This document shows, one piece after another, positions 54,023-63,943 of a DNA stretch of 64,000 nt. A model generated the notes under the pieces. The model was not told where the DNA came from and did no database searches. It saw nothing but the letters and a program-made list of their open reading frames with translations. The stretch's first letter is position 1, and each line of letters starts with the position of its first letter. The position numbers and the translations under genes are program-made. Source of the stretch: an uncultured bacterium (lineage in GTDB: Bacteria; Verrucomicrobiota; Verrucomicrobiia; Limisphaerales; UBA8199); assembly GCA_963749495.1 (NCBI GenBank), contig CAVVMW010000019.1:294970-358969 (forward strand), in the 5' to 3' direction.

Positions 54023-55448
54023 TTACTCCGGCTCCGCGCTCCCCTCCAAGATCAGCCCGCGGGTGGATGGGAACCGCTTGTACCACAAGGCGAGGGCGTC
54101 CCGCAGGTGCTTGGCATAGCGGAAATGCGCCCCGAGCCCGGTCCGCAACTCCGCCTCGTAGATGAATTTGTCGGCCGTGGTCGTGTGTTCGAAGGGGAAC
54201 TCGGTTCCCAGGACGGACCAGTAGGCGTGGGTGGGCTGGGCCTGCCGCAGCAGGGCGGCGGCCCTGGCCGAGGCCTGGCGCCCGGCCGCCGCCTGCTGCA
54301 GCAGCAGGGCCTGCCGCTGCCCGGAGTTGTCCGCGTCCGCGGGGAGTTGGTCCAAGGCAAAATAGAACCCCTGCGGCACCTGGGGCCAGTAGCGCGTGCC
54401 CGTCCGATGCCGATTCAAGTCCCGGATCTCGGCGAACCCGATGGCCGACCAGCCGAACCGGACACTGGTCCGCTGCAAGCTGCTGCCGACCGGCGCGTAA
54501 CGATTTGGATGATGCGCCAAATCGCGGGCCAGGTCGTCCCCGGAAATGCCCTCGGGCAGCAGGACCGAAAGGAACGGAATCGCCGAGCCGTCGTGGCCGG
54601 GCAAAGACGCCTGCTCCCAACTCGAGGTCTGACTGCGGGCTCGCCGGACCTGTTTTTCGAATTCATCGGCAATCGCCCGCTCGGTCGGCTCCATGCGCCG
54701 GGCATGCCGGATCAGGCGCGGCGCGCACAGCTCCAGTTCGTCCCGGATCAACTGGCCCAGGGCCAGGCATTCCGGCAGGGCCTGTGAGAGGAGGTGCTGG
54801 CAGAGGTTGACCCACCCGCGCGCGGACATGACCATCATGACGTTGGTCGCCGCCGCAACCGGCAGGAAGTAGCGGGCGCGGTCCAACGCATAGTTGCGCC
54901 TCATGCGGGCGACCTTTTTGCGCGCCGGCTCCGAGGCGTCATTCAGCAAGGAGCCCGGGATGCCCATAAGCGCGGGGTTTTCCGAGGCCAGGCCCTCCCA
55001 GAGGCCCACGGCAGATTGGTAGGCCGCAAAGCAGCGGCCCATCAACTCCTGCCAGCCGGGCGCGTCTTTGGCCGCAATCCCCAGGCGCTCGGGGCTGATC
55101 GAGCCCATCGGCCGAGACCTTCAGATAGCGGGTCGAGCACTCCTGGCCCCCGGCCGTCGGGCTGAGCGTCCACAGAGAGCACGCCAGCCAGATCGAGATC
55201 CCATCCATGAACATCGCCACCGGCGCCATGTCTGCTATGGATTGATGGCCGTAATCCACCATCCGGAAAATCGAGTCCACCGATTTGTCGAGGTTGGCCG
55301 GGTCGATCTTCGACAGGATCGCCTCGAGTCCCCCGCTGCTTCGCGAGTAACGCGCCCCGCTGGCCGCCAGCAACTCGGGCGTCAGCCCCGGCCGCCCCAG
55401 CCGGCTCGAGGCCTCGCTGGGGCAGATCGCAACTTGCGTGACTTTCAT
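54023..55448 (-). CDS. thyX: two-domain ThyX-like flavin-dependent thymidylate synthase (frameshift near 55100)
   Basis: 'ARYSRS', 'YGHQSIAD', 'E.STRY', 'D.ARYFLP', 'RDLNRHRT', 'ELRT..GAH'. Confidence 0.75.
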
Positions 55449-55461
55449 GGCACCAGAAGAT

Positions 55462-55680
55462 AAAGGCTGAAGGCTAAAGGCTAAAGGCAAAGATAAAGGC
55501 TAAAGGCTGAAGGCTGAAGGCTAAAGGCCGAAGGGAGGCCGCGGCTCGAGGGAAAGGAGGGACATAAACGACATAAGGGACCAAAGGGACAACGCAACGC
55601 CCGCCTTCCGCCTTTAGCCTTTAGCCTTTAGCCTTTAGCCTTTCTTTTAGCCTTTAGCCTTTAGCCTTTAGCCTTTAGCC
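55462..55680. repeat. AAGGCTA/TTTAGCC heptamer arrays around a composite core
   Basis: Directly visible. Confidence 0.85.
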
Positions 55681-58190
55681 TTTCTTCTTGAGCTTCCAGT
55701 CCTTGGCCAATTGGTCCAGCAGGACCAGGATGAGGCTCTGGAGGTCGCGCTGTTCCTTGCGGAGGAAGCCGGCAAAGAGCGGCAGCGAGAGCAGCAGGAG
55801 CCAGAACCACGGCTGCCAGCGGGCCAAGAATCCGAGCAGGAGCAGTTCCAAACCGCAGAGCAGCCAAAAGACCAGCTTGGCCTTGAGGGCCCAGCGCGGG
55901 CGCAGGCGGCAGCGGATGAGTTGCTTGCCGCGCGGGTGCTCTTCGGCGACGGTGGTGAGCTGCAGTTTGCTCCAGCGCGTATCGTAGATCTCGATGTCAT
56001 AGGGGCTCCAGCCGCTGTCGGCCTTGTTAGGCAATCCCTGGCGGTCCAGGCGCTGGAGGACCTCCGTCACCAGCGCCAGCCGGTCCAGGCGCTCGTCGGC
56101 CCAGTATTGGACCTGCTCCAGCGATTGGCCGCTGTCGCGCAGGGCGACCGAATCGAGCGTCTGGCGGGTGGTCAGGGATGCGGGCCGCAAGCTCAGCCGG
56201 TGCTGGTAGCGGGCGCAGCCGCGCACGATGGGCTGGAGGAAAAAGAGCAAGGCCACCAGCGGACGCGACCACCAGCGGGTCCTGTTCCGGGGCAAGGCCG
56301 CCTGCGCCCCGGCTGCGGCGCAGACGCCCACCGGGACGAGCAGGCTGGTCACCGGCAGCGGCAACAGGTAAGGGACGATGGCCGAGAGCACCCAGAGGGG
56401 CAGTTCCAGCAGGGCGTGGTACTCGAGGGTAGTACACCACATCAGCGTGAGCGCCGGCCCGGAGTCGTAAAGGAACTGGAACCCGGCGCTGCCGAACAGC
56501 CCGCGATAGATGATCGGCGGCCGAAGCAGGACCCCGAATTTCGAGGCAGTGTAAATGCGTCCGCGCCAGATGCTCCCCCCGACAGCGTTGAAGCACTCAG
56601 GGTGTTTGCGCACCAGGAGCGCCTCCGACTCGCCGTAGCCGCGCTGTTGCTTGAGATAATCGCGGACGGTCGAGCGCCGGTAATGCCAAACGAACCCCGC
56701 CGGGCTGAAGCCGATCTTGTAGCCCGCCTGCTGCAGGCGCCAACACACGTCCACGTCATCGCCCGCCTTGCGGAAGACCGGGTCGAACCCGCCAATCTCG
56801 CTCAGCGCCCACTTGTAGAAGGCCATGTTGCAGCCGGGGATGTGCTCGGCCTGCCGGTCGGTGAGCATCACATGGGCGGGCCCGCCCGGCGAGGCCATCA
56901 CCGCCGCGGCCACGGCCGAGTCATCCGGCGGCAGCAGGTTGGGGCCGCCGATGCCGGCGAAGGCGCTCTGCAGGAGGTTGCCCACCATGTAATAGAGCCA
57001 GTCCCGGTCGGGGCGGCAATCCGCGTCCGTGAAGGCGACAATCTCGCCGGTGGCGGCGGCCAGCCCTGTGTTGCGCGCAACCGACAGCCCGAGGTTGGTT
57101 GGGTGGCGGAAGTAGCGCACCTGGGGATGCTGCGCGGCAATCTCCGGCGTGCTGTCGGCCGAGCCGTCGTCCACGAGAATGACCTCGTAATCCGGGTAGT
57201 TCAGGCGGTCGAGCGAGCCGAGGCAGACCCTGAGGGTCCGCTCGCCGTTGTAGCTGGCCACCACCACCGAGACCTTGGGATAACGCTCCAGCGGGAAGTA
57301 CGGCGCGGCCGCGAACATCTTCTGGACCGCCCGGAACGCTGCCTTGGGTTTGCGCTCGCGCGTCGTGAGGCCCATGGCCCAATTCTCGACCGGCTGCCCG
57401 TCCCGCCACCAGTCGTCGGTGAAGCTGAAGACCACCGCCCCCGCCAGCCCGCTCCGGAAGGCCTCCTCGATCTGCCACTGGACAAACGCGCCCTGGCCGG
57501 CTTCGCCCTCGCGCATCGAGTCCATCCCAAACTCCCCAAGCAAAAGCGGCTTGGCGTCGCTGAGCATCTGCAGCCTGGCCAGGTAGTTGCGGAAGGGTCG
57601 TGGCTGGTGCAGATAGACATTGAAGCAGACGAAATCCACCTCCAGCGGGCGCAGGAATTCGGTGGACGGGTAGTTGGTGAAGGTGCAGAGGCACTCCGGG
57701 TCCACCCGTTTGGCCTCCCGGACCAATTCGTCGATGAAATCGGCCACGGCCTGGGCACCGCTCCACCGGGCGATATCGGGGGGATTTCGTTGGCGACGCT
57801 AAACCCGAACACCGCCGGGTGCCCGGCGCAGGCGGCCACCGCCCGGCGCACCGCCTGGATCGCCTCCGCGCGCGCTGGCGGCGAATCCAGGAAACAAAGG
57901 TGCTGGCCCCAAGGGATGTTGATGAAGACCTTGAGCTGGTGTTCCTCGGCCAAATCCAGCAACCACCGGGCCGGCACGTGGTAAACCCGCACCAGGTTGG
58001 CGCCCAACTCCCGGATTTGGGCAAAGTCGCGGGCGGTCTGCTCCGGAGAGGCGAACCCGGGTTCGCCGGGGCTGGCGTGCGAAGCAAACGGACCAAACGA
58101 CACTCCCTTGACGTAAAATCGCTTTTCGCCCAACCGAAAGAACTTGCCGTCCACGCCCACGCGCGGCCGCCTGTTGGCCTCATCTGCCAT
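55675..58190 (-). CDS. glycoside-hydrolase (clan A-like TIM barrel) + GT2 glycosyltransferase fusion, membrane-bound (frameshift near 57775)
   Basis: 'ANE' and 'LGEFG' GH-A glutamates; 'VSVVV..YN', 'VDDGS.D', 'TDAD', 'GDDVD', 'QQRGYG'; C-terminal TM segments. Confidence 0.85.
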
Positions 58191-58279
58191 GGGCTTTAGA
58201 CGGGCACCCAACCCGTTTTAGTCATCACCGCGCCTGGATAGCAAAGCAGGCCATGCCATGCAAGAAGGAAGGCGGGGCT

Positions 58280-58307
58280 TTGACAAGGCCGATGGAGTTA
58301 CTATGCT
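58280..58307 (+). promoter_or_regulatory. sigma70-type promoter of aroB
   Basis: TTGACA-16-TATGCT ending 6 nt before the GTG. Confidence 0.6.
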
Positions 58308-58313
58308 CAGGGC

Positions 58314-59411
58314 GTGCGCACTGTCAGCGTATCCTTGGGCAGCCGCAGTTATCAGATCAAGATTGGCACGGGTCTGCTGGCCCGCCTGGGCAAGGAATGC
58401 GCGGCCCTGGGCCTGGCCCGCCGCTGCGTGATTGTCTCGGACGCCAACGTGGGCCCGCGTTACGGGGCGGCGTCGCGCCGGGCGTTGCGAGAGGCGGGTT
58501 TCCAGTGCGAGTTGATCACGGTGCCCGCCGGCGAGACGGCCAAGAGCCTGCGGACTGTGCGGGCTTGCTACGACCAATTGGCGGCGTTGCGCCTGGAACG
58601 GAAGTCGTTCATCGTGGCACTGGGGGGAGGGGTGGTTGGGGACCTGGCGGGGTTTGTGGCGGCAACCTACCTGCGCGGCATCCCCTTTGTGCAGGCGCCG
58701 ACCACCCTGCTGGCGCAGGTGGACAGCTCGGTCGGAGGCAAGGTTGGGGTCAATTTGAAGGCGGGCAAGAACCTGGTGGGCGCCTTTTACCAGCCGCGGC
58801 TGGCGCTCTGCGACCTGGAAACGCTGGACACGCTTGCGGCCCGTGAGTTGCGGGCCGGGCTGGCCGAGGTGATCAAGTACGGCATCATTTACGATGCCGC
58901 CTTGTTCGAGCGGCTGGAGCGGGCCCTGCCCGCCCTCCTGTGCCGTGATCCCATCGCCCTGGCGGCCGTCGTGGCCCGCTGCTGCGCCATCAAGGCCGAG
59001 GTCGTCCGCCAGGACGAGACCGAGGGTGGCCTGCGCGCCATTCTCAATTTCGGCCATACGATCGGCCATGCCTTGGAGGCCATCTCCCATTACGGCAAGT
59101 ACCTCCACGGCGAGGCCATCGCCATCGGCCAGGTCGCTGCCGCCCGGCTCTCGGTCTGGCAACTCGGGCTGCTCCAAAGCAACGCCACGCGAATCAAGGC
59201 CCTTCTCCAGCGCGCCGGCCTGCCGACCGAGCCCGCTCTGAGCCGCCCCCAGCGCAAGAAACTCCTGGCCGCCATGAAGCTGGACAAGAAGGTCAGCGGC
59301 GGCCAGGTCAAATTCGTCCTCGCCCCAAAGCTCGGCCAGGCCCGTTTTGCCCAGGACGTGCCGCCCGCCCTGGTCGAGCAAGCCCTCCAACCCTCAACCT
59401 CCCACCCCTGA
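58314..59411 (+). CDS. aroB: 3-dehydroquinate synthase
   Basis: 'GGGVVGDLAGF', 'PTTLLAQVDSSVGGK', 'LNFGHTIGHA.E', 'HGEA', 'DKK'. Confidence 0.97.
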   Translation: MRTVSVSLGSRSYQIKIGTGLLARLGKECAALGLARRCVIVSDANVGPRYGAASRRALREAGFQCELITVPAGETAKSLRTVRACYDQLAALRLERKSFIVALGGGVVGDLAGFVAATYLRGIPFVQAPTTLLAQVDSSVGGKVGVNLKAGKNLVGAFYQPRLALCDLETLDTLAARELRAGLAEVIKYGIIYDAALFERLERALPALLCRDPIALAAVVARCCAIKAEVVRQDETEGGLRAILNFGHTIGHALEAISHYGKYLHGEAIAIGQVAAARLSVWQLGLLQSNATRIKALLQRAGLPTEPALSRPQRKKLLAAMKLDKKVSGGQVKFVLAPKLGQARFAQDVPPALVEQALQPSTSHP

Positions 59412-60016
59412 TGTCCACCGTCAGCGAGACCATCGTTCGCGAGTACTTCGAACTCCACAACTTCCTCGTCCGCCAGCGGTGCAAGCACATCGATAAAACC
59501 CAGCACGACGAGGACGATGACATCGGTTTCTTTGTGCTCAATCCGCAGCCGCGGGCCCCGGCAGGCCCGTTGCCCTTTGTCCTGGACTCGGCCGACCTGC
59601 CGTTCATTCACCGCGCCATTGTGGTGGTCAAGGCCTGGCACACCAAGGTCTTCAGCCAGGCCCAGTTGGCCGCCTCACCCGAAATCCTCCGCTTCGCCGA
59701 CTCCAAATCCTTCGAGCAGGCCGCCCGCTCCTTCGCCGAAGAGGGCGCCCCCGCCACCCTCAAGATCTTCATCGCCCCGGCCCTGCCACTGCTTTCCACC
59801 GCCCGCCAGCAGAGCATCGCCCTGCTCCGCTCCAAGGGCATCAATGCCGTCATCCCTTTCCGCACGCTCCTGGCCGGCCTGATCAACGCCGTCGAGGTCA
59901 ACCGCGACTACCAGAAATCCGACCTGCTCCAAACCCTGCGCATCCTGAAAAACTACCGCCTCTTCAAAGAGCCGCAGTTGGAGCTCTTCAAAGCCAGGCA
60001 GAAGCCCAGGCGCTGA
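59411..60016 (+). CDS. conserved hypothetical protein, possible degenerate PD-(D/E)xK fold
   Basis: Coupled to aroB; 'E.IVREYFE...F', 'DDI', 'VVVKAWH'. Confidence 0.55.
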   Translation: MSTVSETIVREYFELHNFLVRQRCKHIDKTQHDEDDDIGFFVLNPQPRAPAGPLPFVLDSADLPFIHRAIVVVKAWHTKVFSQAQLAASPEILRFADSKSFEQAARSFAEEGAPATLKIFIAPALPLLSTARQQSIALLRSKGINAVIPFRTLLAGLINAVEVNRDYQKSDLLQTLRILKNYRLFKEPQLELFKARQKPRR

Positions 60017-60036
60017 GATAGCGGGAGCGTCACGGG

Positions 60037-60194
60037 GGCGGACCCCTCACCCCGGCCCTCTCCCCTTCGGAAGGGGAGAGGGGGAGTTTTCGGAGGCGCT
60101 TTGAGAAAGCGCAGACGCCCGGAATCTCCCGAGACTGCCGACTTCTCTCCCTCTCCCCTTTGGAAGGGGAGAGGGCCGGGGTGAGGGGTCTGCC
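60037..60194. repeat. family B palindromic element
   Basis: GACCCCTCACCCCGGCCCTCTCCCCTTC ... GAAGGGGAGAGGGCCGGGGTGAGGGGTC. Confidence 0.85.
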
Positions 60195-60281
60195 TGGCAC
60201 TCCTTCTCCGCTCCACTCGATTACGCCCGCCCGGTTTCCATTTCCCATCCGGCGCCCGATGCTCTATCTTCACGGGCGATT

Positions 60282-60848
60282 ATGCTGCTGGTCATCGACA
60301 ATTATGATTCGTTCACCTACAACCTGGTGCAGTACCTGGGCGAGATGCAGGTGGACGTCCAGGTGCGGAGGAATGATCGGATTTCGATCGAGCAGATCGC
60401 CGCATTGCGGCCGGAGCGCCTCCTGATCTCGCCGGGGCCGTGTTCGCCCCGCGAATCCGGGCTCTCGAACGAGATCATCCGCAAGTTCGGGGCGCAGATA
60501 CCCACGCTGGGCGTCTGCCTGGGACACCAGTGCATCGGCCATGTCTTCGGCGCGAACGTGATCGTGAACTACCGGATGATGCACGGCAAGTTGTCGATGA
60601 TTCGGCACAACGGCAAGGACCTCTTCGAGGCCATGCCCAACCCCTTTGCGGCCATGCGCTATCACTCGCTGGTCATCGAGCGCCAGACGCTCCCGGAGTG
60701 CCTCGAACTGACCGCCCAATCGGAGGAGGGCGAAATCATGGGAGTCCGCCACAAGCAGTTTCCCATCTGGGGCGTCCAATTCCACCCGGAGAGCATTCTC
60801 ACTCAGAGCGGGCGTCAAATCCTGGCCAACTTCCTCAAGCTCAAATAA
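60282..60848 (+). CDS. trpG: anthranilate / aminodeoxychorismate synthase component II (TrpG/PabA)
   Basis: 'IDNYDSFTYNL', 'SPGP', 'GVCLGHQ', 'RYHSL', 'QFHPES'. Confidence 0.93.
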   Translation: MLLVIDNYDSFTYNLVQYLGEMQVDVQVRRNDRISIEQIAALRPERLLISPGPCSPRESGLSNEIIRKFGAQIPTLGVCLGHQCIGHVFGANVIVNYRMMHGKLSMIRHNGKDLFEAMPNPFAAMRYHSLVIERQTLPECLELTAQSEEGEIMGVRHKQFPIWGVQFHPESILTQSGRQILANFLKLK

Positions 60849-60893
60849 GCGCCCCTCTCCCGGCGTGGCAGGTCCAGGACCGTGGACAAAGTC

Positions 60894-61015
60894 GTAGCGC
60901 AGGTTTCCAAACCTGCTGTATCGCCGATTTCCAATCGGCAGGGCGTTGGGATGTCGAGCGCCCCCGGTTTGCGGACGGCCTGCGGGTTTGGAAACCCGCG
61001 ATACAGCAGGTTTGG
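60894..61015. repeat. family C REP-like element, left part (continues at 63954-63996)
   Basis: Interrupted at GCAGGTTT-GG | AAACCTGC. Confidence 0.88.
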
Positions 61016-61344
61016 GACAGTTAGTGCGAACTGCACATGGTGCAGGTGAACTTTTGGGATGGGCGGTAATCACCCACCCCTTCCATCCCCGGCGCGGAGA
61101 GCGGTTCCGGGTGGTCGAAGCCCGGCGCTACCGCGGTCAGGCCACGCTGATTCTGGAGGGGGGAGAAGGTGGCACCTTTTCCATTTTGGAGGACTGGACC
61201 GACAAGGCGGTGCCGACGAGCGCGGGGACCGCGCGCCGGCTGTCGGCGCCCGCACTGCTGGAGTTGGTGCAACTGCTGCGGCAGTTGAAGGCGTCCGGCC
61301 CGCCGGCCTCTTCGAACCAGAAAGGAGTTGACAGATGCCCTTGA
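61015..61344 (+). CDS. DUF5372 (Y4bD/Y4pK)-like protein, 3' part; ATG supplied by 63940-63955 in the circular form
   Basis: 'ITHPFHP..G.RF', 'WTD', 'L.EL..LL'. Confidence 0.7.
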   Translation, partial: GQLVRTAHGAGELLGWAVITHPFHPRRGERFRVVEARRYRGQATLILEGGEGGTFSILEDWTDKAVPTSAGTARRLSAPALLELVQLLRQLKASGPPASSNQKGVDRCP

Positions 61345-61385
61345 CCGATCCATTATCAGAACAGTTATTTAACTGTTCTGATAAT
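61328..61385 (+). promoter_or_regulatory. promoter TTGACA-17-CATTAT overlapped by a perfect 16-bp-arm inverted repeat
   Basis: ATTATCAGAACAGTTA-TT-TAACTGTTCTGATAAT at 61352-61385. Confidence 0.75.
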
Positions 61386-61386
61386 C

Positions 61387-61719
61387 ATGCCCGCTTCCAT
61401 CGCCAGCCTGCGCCGCAAACGCCAGGCCTTGATCCAACGCCTGCCTCCTTTGGCCCGGCGCGTGGTTCGCGGCTCGCTCATCGAGCGATACCTGCCCTGC
61501 GGCAAGCCCGGTTGCCACTGCGCCTCCGGCCGCGGTCACGGTCCCAAATACTATTTGTCGGTCAGCTATCCCCACGGCCGTCCCCAACTCCAATACCTCT
61601 CTCAGCAGCAGCACGCCCAGGTCCAAGCCCTGATAAAAAACTTTCAGCACGTGCGCCATCTGTTGGAACAGATATGCGACATCAACCGCCAACTCTTACG
61701 CCGCCAGGAGAAGGTCTGA
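61387..61719 (+). CDS. DUF6788-like Cys/His protein
   Basis: 'RGSL.E....CGKPGCHC..G.GHGP.YYL'. Confidence 0.75.
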   Translation: MPASIASLRRKRQALIQRLPPLARRVVRGSLIERYLPCGKPGCHCASGRGHGPKYYLSVSYPHGRPQLQYLSQQQHAQVQALIKNFQHVRHLLEQICDINRQLLRRQEKV

Positions 61720-61846
61720 GCGATGCAGCCGGCGGCCTTGCGGATCGATCCCCGGCCGGTGGCGCAGGTGGTCGCCACCATGCTCCAGGCGTTCCGTCGG
61801 GCTGGCGCACCCTTGCCTCCGCCGCCTTGGGCGGCCAACGCTGCTT

Positions 61847-63943
61847 ATGAACACCGAGTTGGTCCAGGAAACTCATCGCCAAAAACTGGCCTGCATTTAC
61901 CTGCGCCAGTCGACCCTCAACCAAGTGCGCCAGCACCGGGAGAGCACCGAGCGCCAATACGCGCTCCGGGACAAGGCCCTTCAACTGGGCTGGCCGCCGG
62001 AGCGGATACTCACTCTGGACGGCGACCTGGGGATCTCGGGCAGCCAGATGGCCAACCGACCGGATTTCCAACGAGTGGTGTCGCTGGTCTCCTTACAGAA
62101 GGTGGGCGCGGTTCTCGCCCTGGAGGCCTCCCGCCTGTCGCGCTCGGATCTGGACTGGCATCGGCTAGTGGACTTGTGTGGGTGGACGGGCACGTTGCTC
62201 ATCGACGAAGACGGCGCTTACAACCCCGGGGATTTCAACGACCGCTTGCTCTTGGGACTCAAGGGTACGATGTCCCAGGCCGAACTGCACTTCTTGCGCG
62301 TCCGCCTCCAGGGCGGCAAGCTCAACAAAGCGCGCAAAGGCCAACTGCGTTTTCCCCTGCCGGTGGGCTTTGTTTATGCCGAGGCCGAGGGCATCGTTTT
62401 AGACCCGGACCAGGAGGTGCAGGGCGCCGTGCGCCTGGTCTTCAGCAGCTTTGGGCAAACCGCCAGCGCTTACGGAGTGGTGCAGCATTTTGCCAAGCAC
62501 CAGTTGCTCTTCCCCAAGCGCAGCTACGGTGGAGTCTGGAACGGGCAGTTGCGGTGGGGCCGCTTGAACCATGGCCGCGTCCTGAGTCTATTGCGCAACC
62601 CGGCTTACGCCGGGGCCTATGTATTCGGTCGGCGGCGAACCTGCAAAAACTTCTCGCCCACTGGCCAGATGCACAATACCGTCCGCTCTATGCCTTTGGC
62701 CGAGTGGCAAGTGAACCTGCCCAACCAACATCCGGGCTACATCCCCTGGGAGGAATATCTGGCCAACCAGCAGCGGCTGGCGCAGAACCAAACCAACGCT
62801 TGCCCTGGCGCCGCCGGTTCGGCGGCGCGCGAAGGGCCGGCGCTGCTGCAAGGTCTGCTGGTCTGTGGTCAGTGCGGGCACCGGCTCTCCCCGCGTTACG
62901 TGGGACAGGGCGGTTGCCTGGTTTGGTATGAATGCAACTGGCGGCGGCGAGAACTGGCAGGCAAAGGCTGCTGGTCGGTTCGTGGCGACCTGCTGGATGA
63001 AGCCGTCGCCCGGCGGATCTTGTCGGCGCTGGTGCCGGCGCAGGTGGAAATCGCCTTGGCTGCCGTGGCGGAGGTGGAACAGCGCGACCAGGCGTTGGAG
63101 CATCAATGGCAGCTCAGAATCCAGCGAGCCGAGTATGAAGGGCAGTTGGCCCAACGGCGCTTCGAGGAAGTCGATCCGGCCAACCGTCTGGTAGCAGCGA
63201 CGCTCGAACAACGTTGGGAACACGCCTTGCAGCAACTCGAAGGGTTGCGCCAGCAATACCGGCAATATCAGGAAAAGCAAACCCCGCCCTTGTCGGCGGA
63301 GCAACAGGCCCAGGTACGATTGCTGGCCGAGGACCTGCCGCGGCTCTGGCAAGCGGCCACCACGACCGCCAAGCAGCGCAAGTGCATTTTGCGGCTGCTG
63401 CTCAAGGATATTACACTGGAAAAGCGGCCGGCAACGCACCAGGCGATCTTGCATTTGCGCTGGCAAGGAGAGGCCACCGAGGACCTCGTGGTCGAGCTGC
63501 CGCTTAACGCTGCCGACCGCTGGCGCTACACGGAGGCCCTCGTGAGCAAAGTGCGGCAACTCGCCCAGCAACAGACCGACCGCCAGATTGCCCTCACCCT
63601 GAACCAGGAAGGCCTCCGAAGCGCCAAAGGCCGAGCTTTTACCGTCAGTATGGTCGCCTGGATTCGGTGCAAGCACCACATTCCGGCCCCAGTGCTGCAA
63701 CAACCCGGCGAGTTGACGGTGCAGCAACTGAGCCAAAAGTTTGCCGTTAGCCAATACGTGGTTCACTATTGGCTCAAGAACGGACTGGTGACAGCTCGAA
63801 GAGCGCGACCCGACGGCCGGATGTGGATCGCGTTGACGGCCCAACAAGAGCAGGCGTTGCGGGCTTGGGTGGCCAACTCCAAGCGGATCGCCAAATCAAA
63901 AAGCCGGCAAGCCCTAAACGAAATTGCACCAGGTGTAGTATGA
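61847..63943 (+). CDS. large serine recombinase
   Basis: 'IYLRQS' catalytic Ser, 'DLGISG...RP.F', 'SRL.R', 'L.NP.YAG', zinc ribbon 'CGQCG', coiled coil, C-terminal HTH-like extension; 698 aa. Confidence 0.93.
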   Translation: MNTELVQETHRQKLACIYLRQSTLNQVRQHRESTERQYALRDKALQLGWPPERILTLDGDLGISGSQMANRPDFQRVVSLVSLQKVGAVLALEASRLSRSDLDWHRLVDLCGWTGTLLIDEDGAYNPGDFNDRLLLGLKGTMSQAELHFLRVRLQGGKLNKARKGQLRFPLPVGFVYAEAEGIVLDPDQEVQGAVRLVFSSFGQTASAYGVVQHFAKHQLLFPKRSYGGVWNGQLRWGRLNHGRVLSLLRNPAYAGAYVFGRRRTCKNFSPTGQMHNTVRSMPLAEWQVNLPNQHPGYIPWEEYLANQQRLAQNQTNACPGAAGSAAREGPALLQGLLVCGQCGHRLSPRYVGQGGCLVWYECNWRRRELAGKGCWSVRGDLLDEAVARRILSALVPAQVEIALAAVAEVEQRDQALEHQWQLRIQRAEYEGQLAQRRFEEVDPANRLVAATLEQRWEHALQQLEGLRQQYRQYQEKQTPPLSAEQQAQVRLLAEDLPRLWQAATTTAKQRKCILRLLLKDITLEKRPATHQAILHLRWQGEATEDLVVELPLNAADRWRYTEALVSKVRQLAQQQTDRQIALTLNQEGLRSAKGRAFTVSMVAWIRCKHHIPAPVLQQPGELTVQQLSQKFAVSQYVVHYWLKNGLVTARRARPDGRMWIALTAQQEQALRAWVANSKRIAKSKSRQALNEIAPGVV

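Noticed and set aside
61723..62931. 402-aa ORF overlapping the recombinase
   Set aside because: Mostly an alternate frame of the recombinase; only the first ~40 codons might be a small gene.
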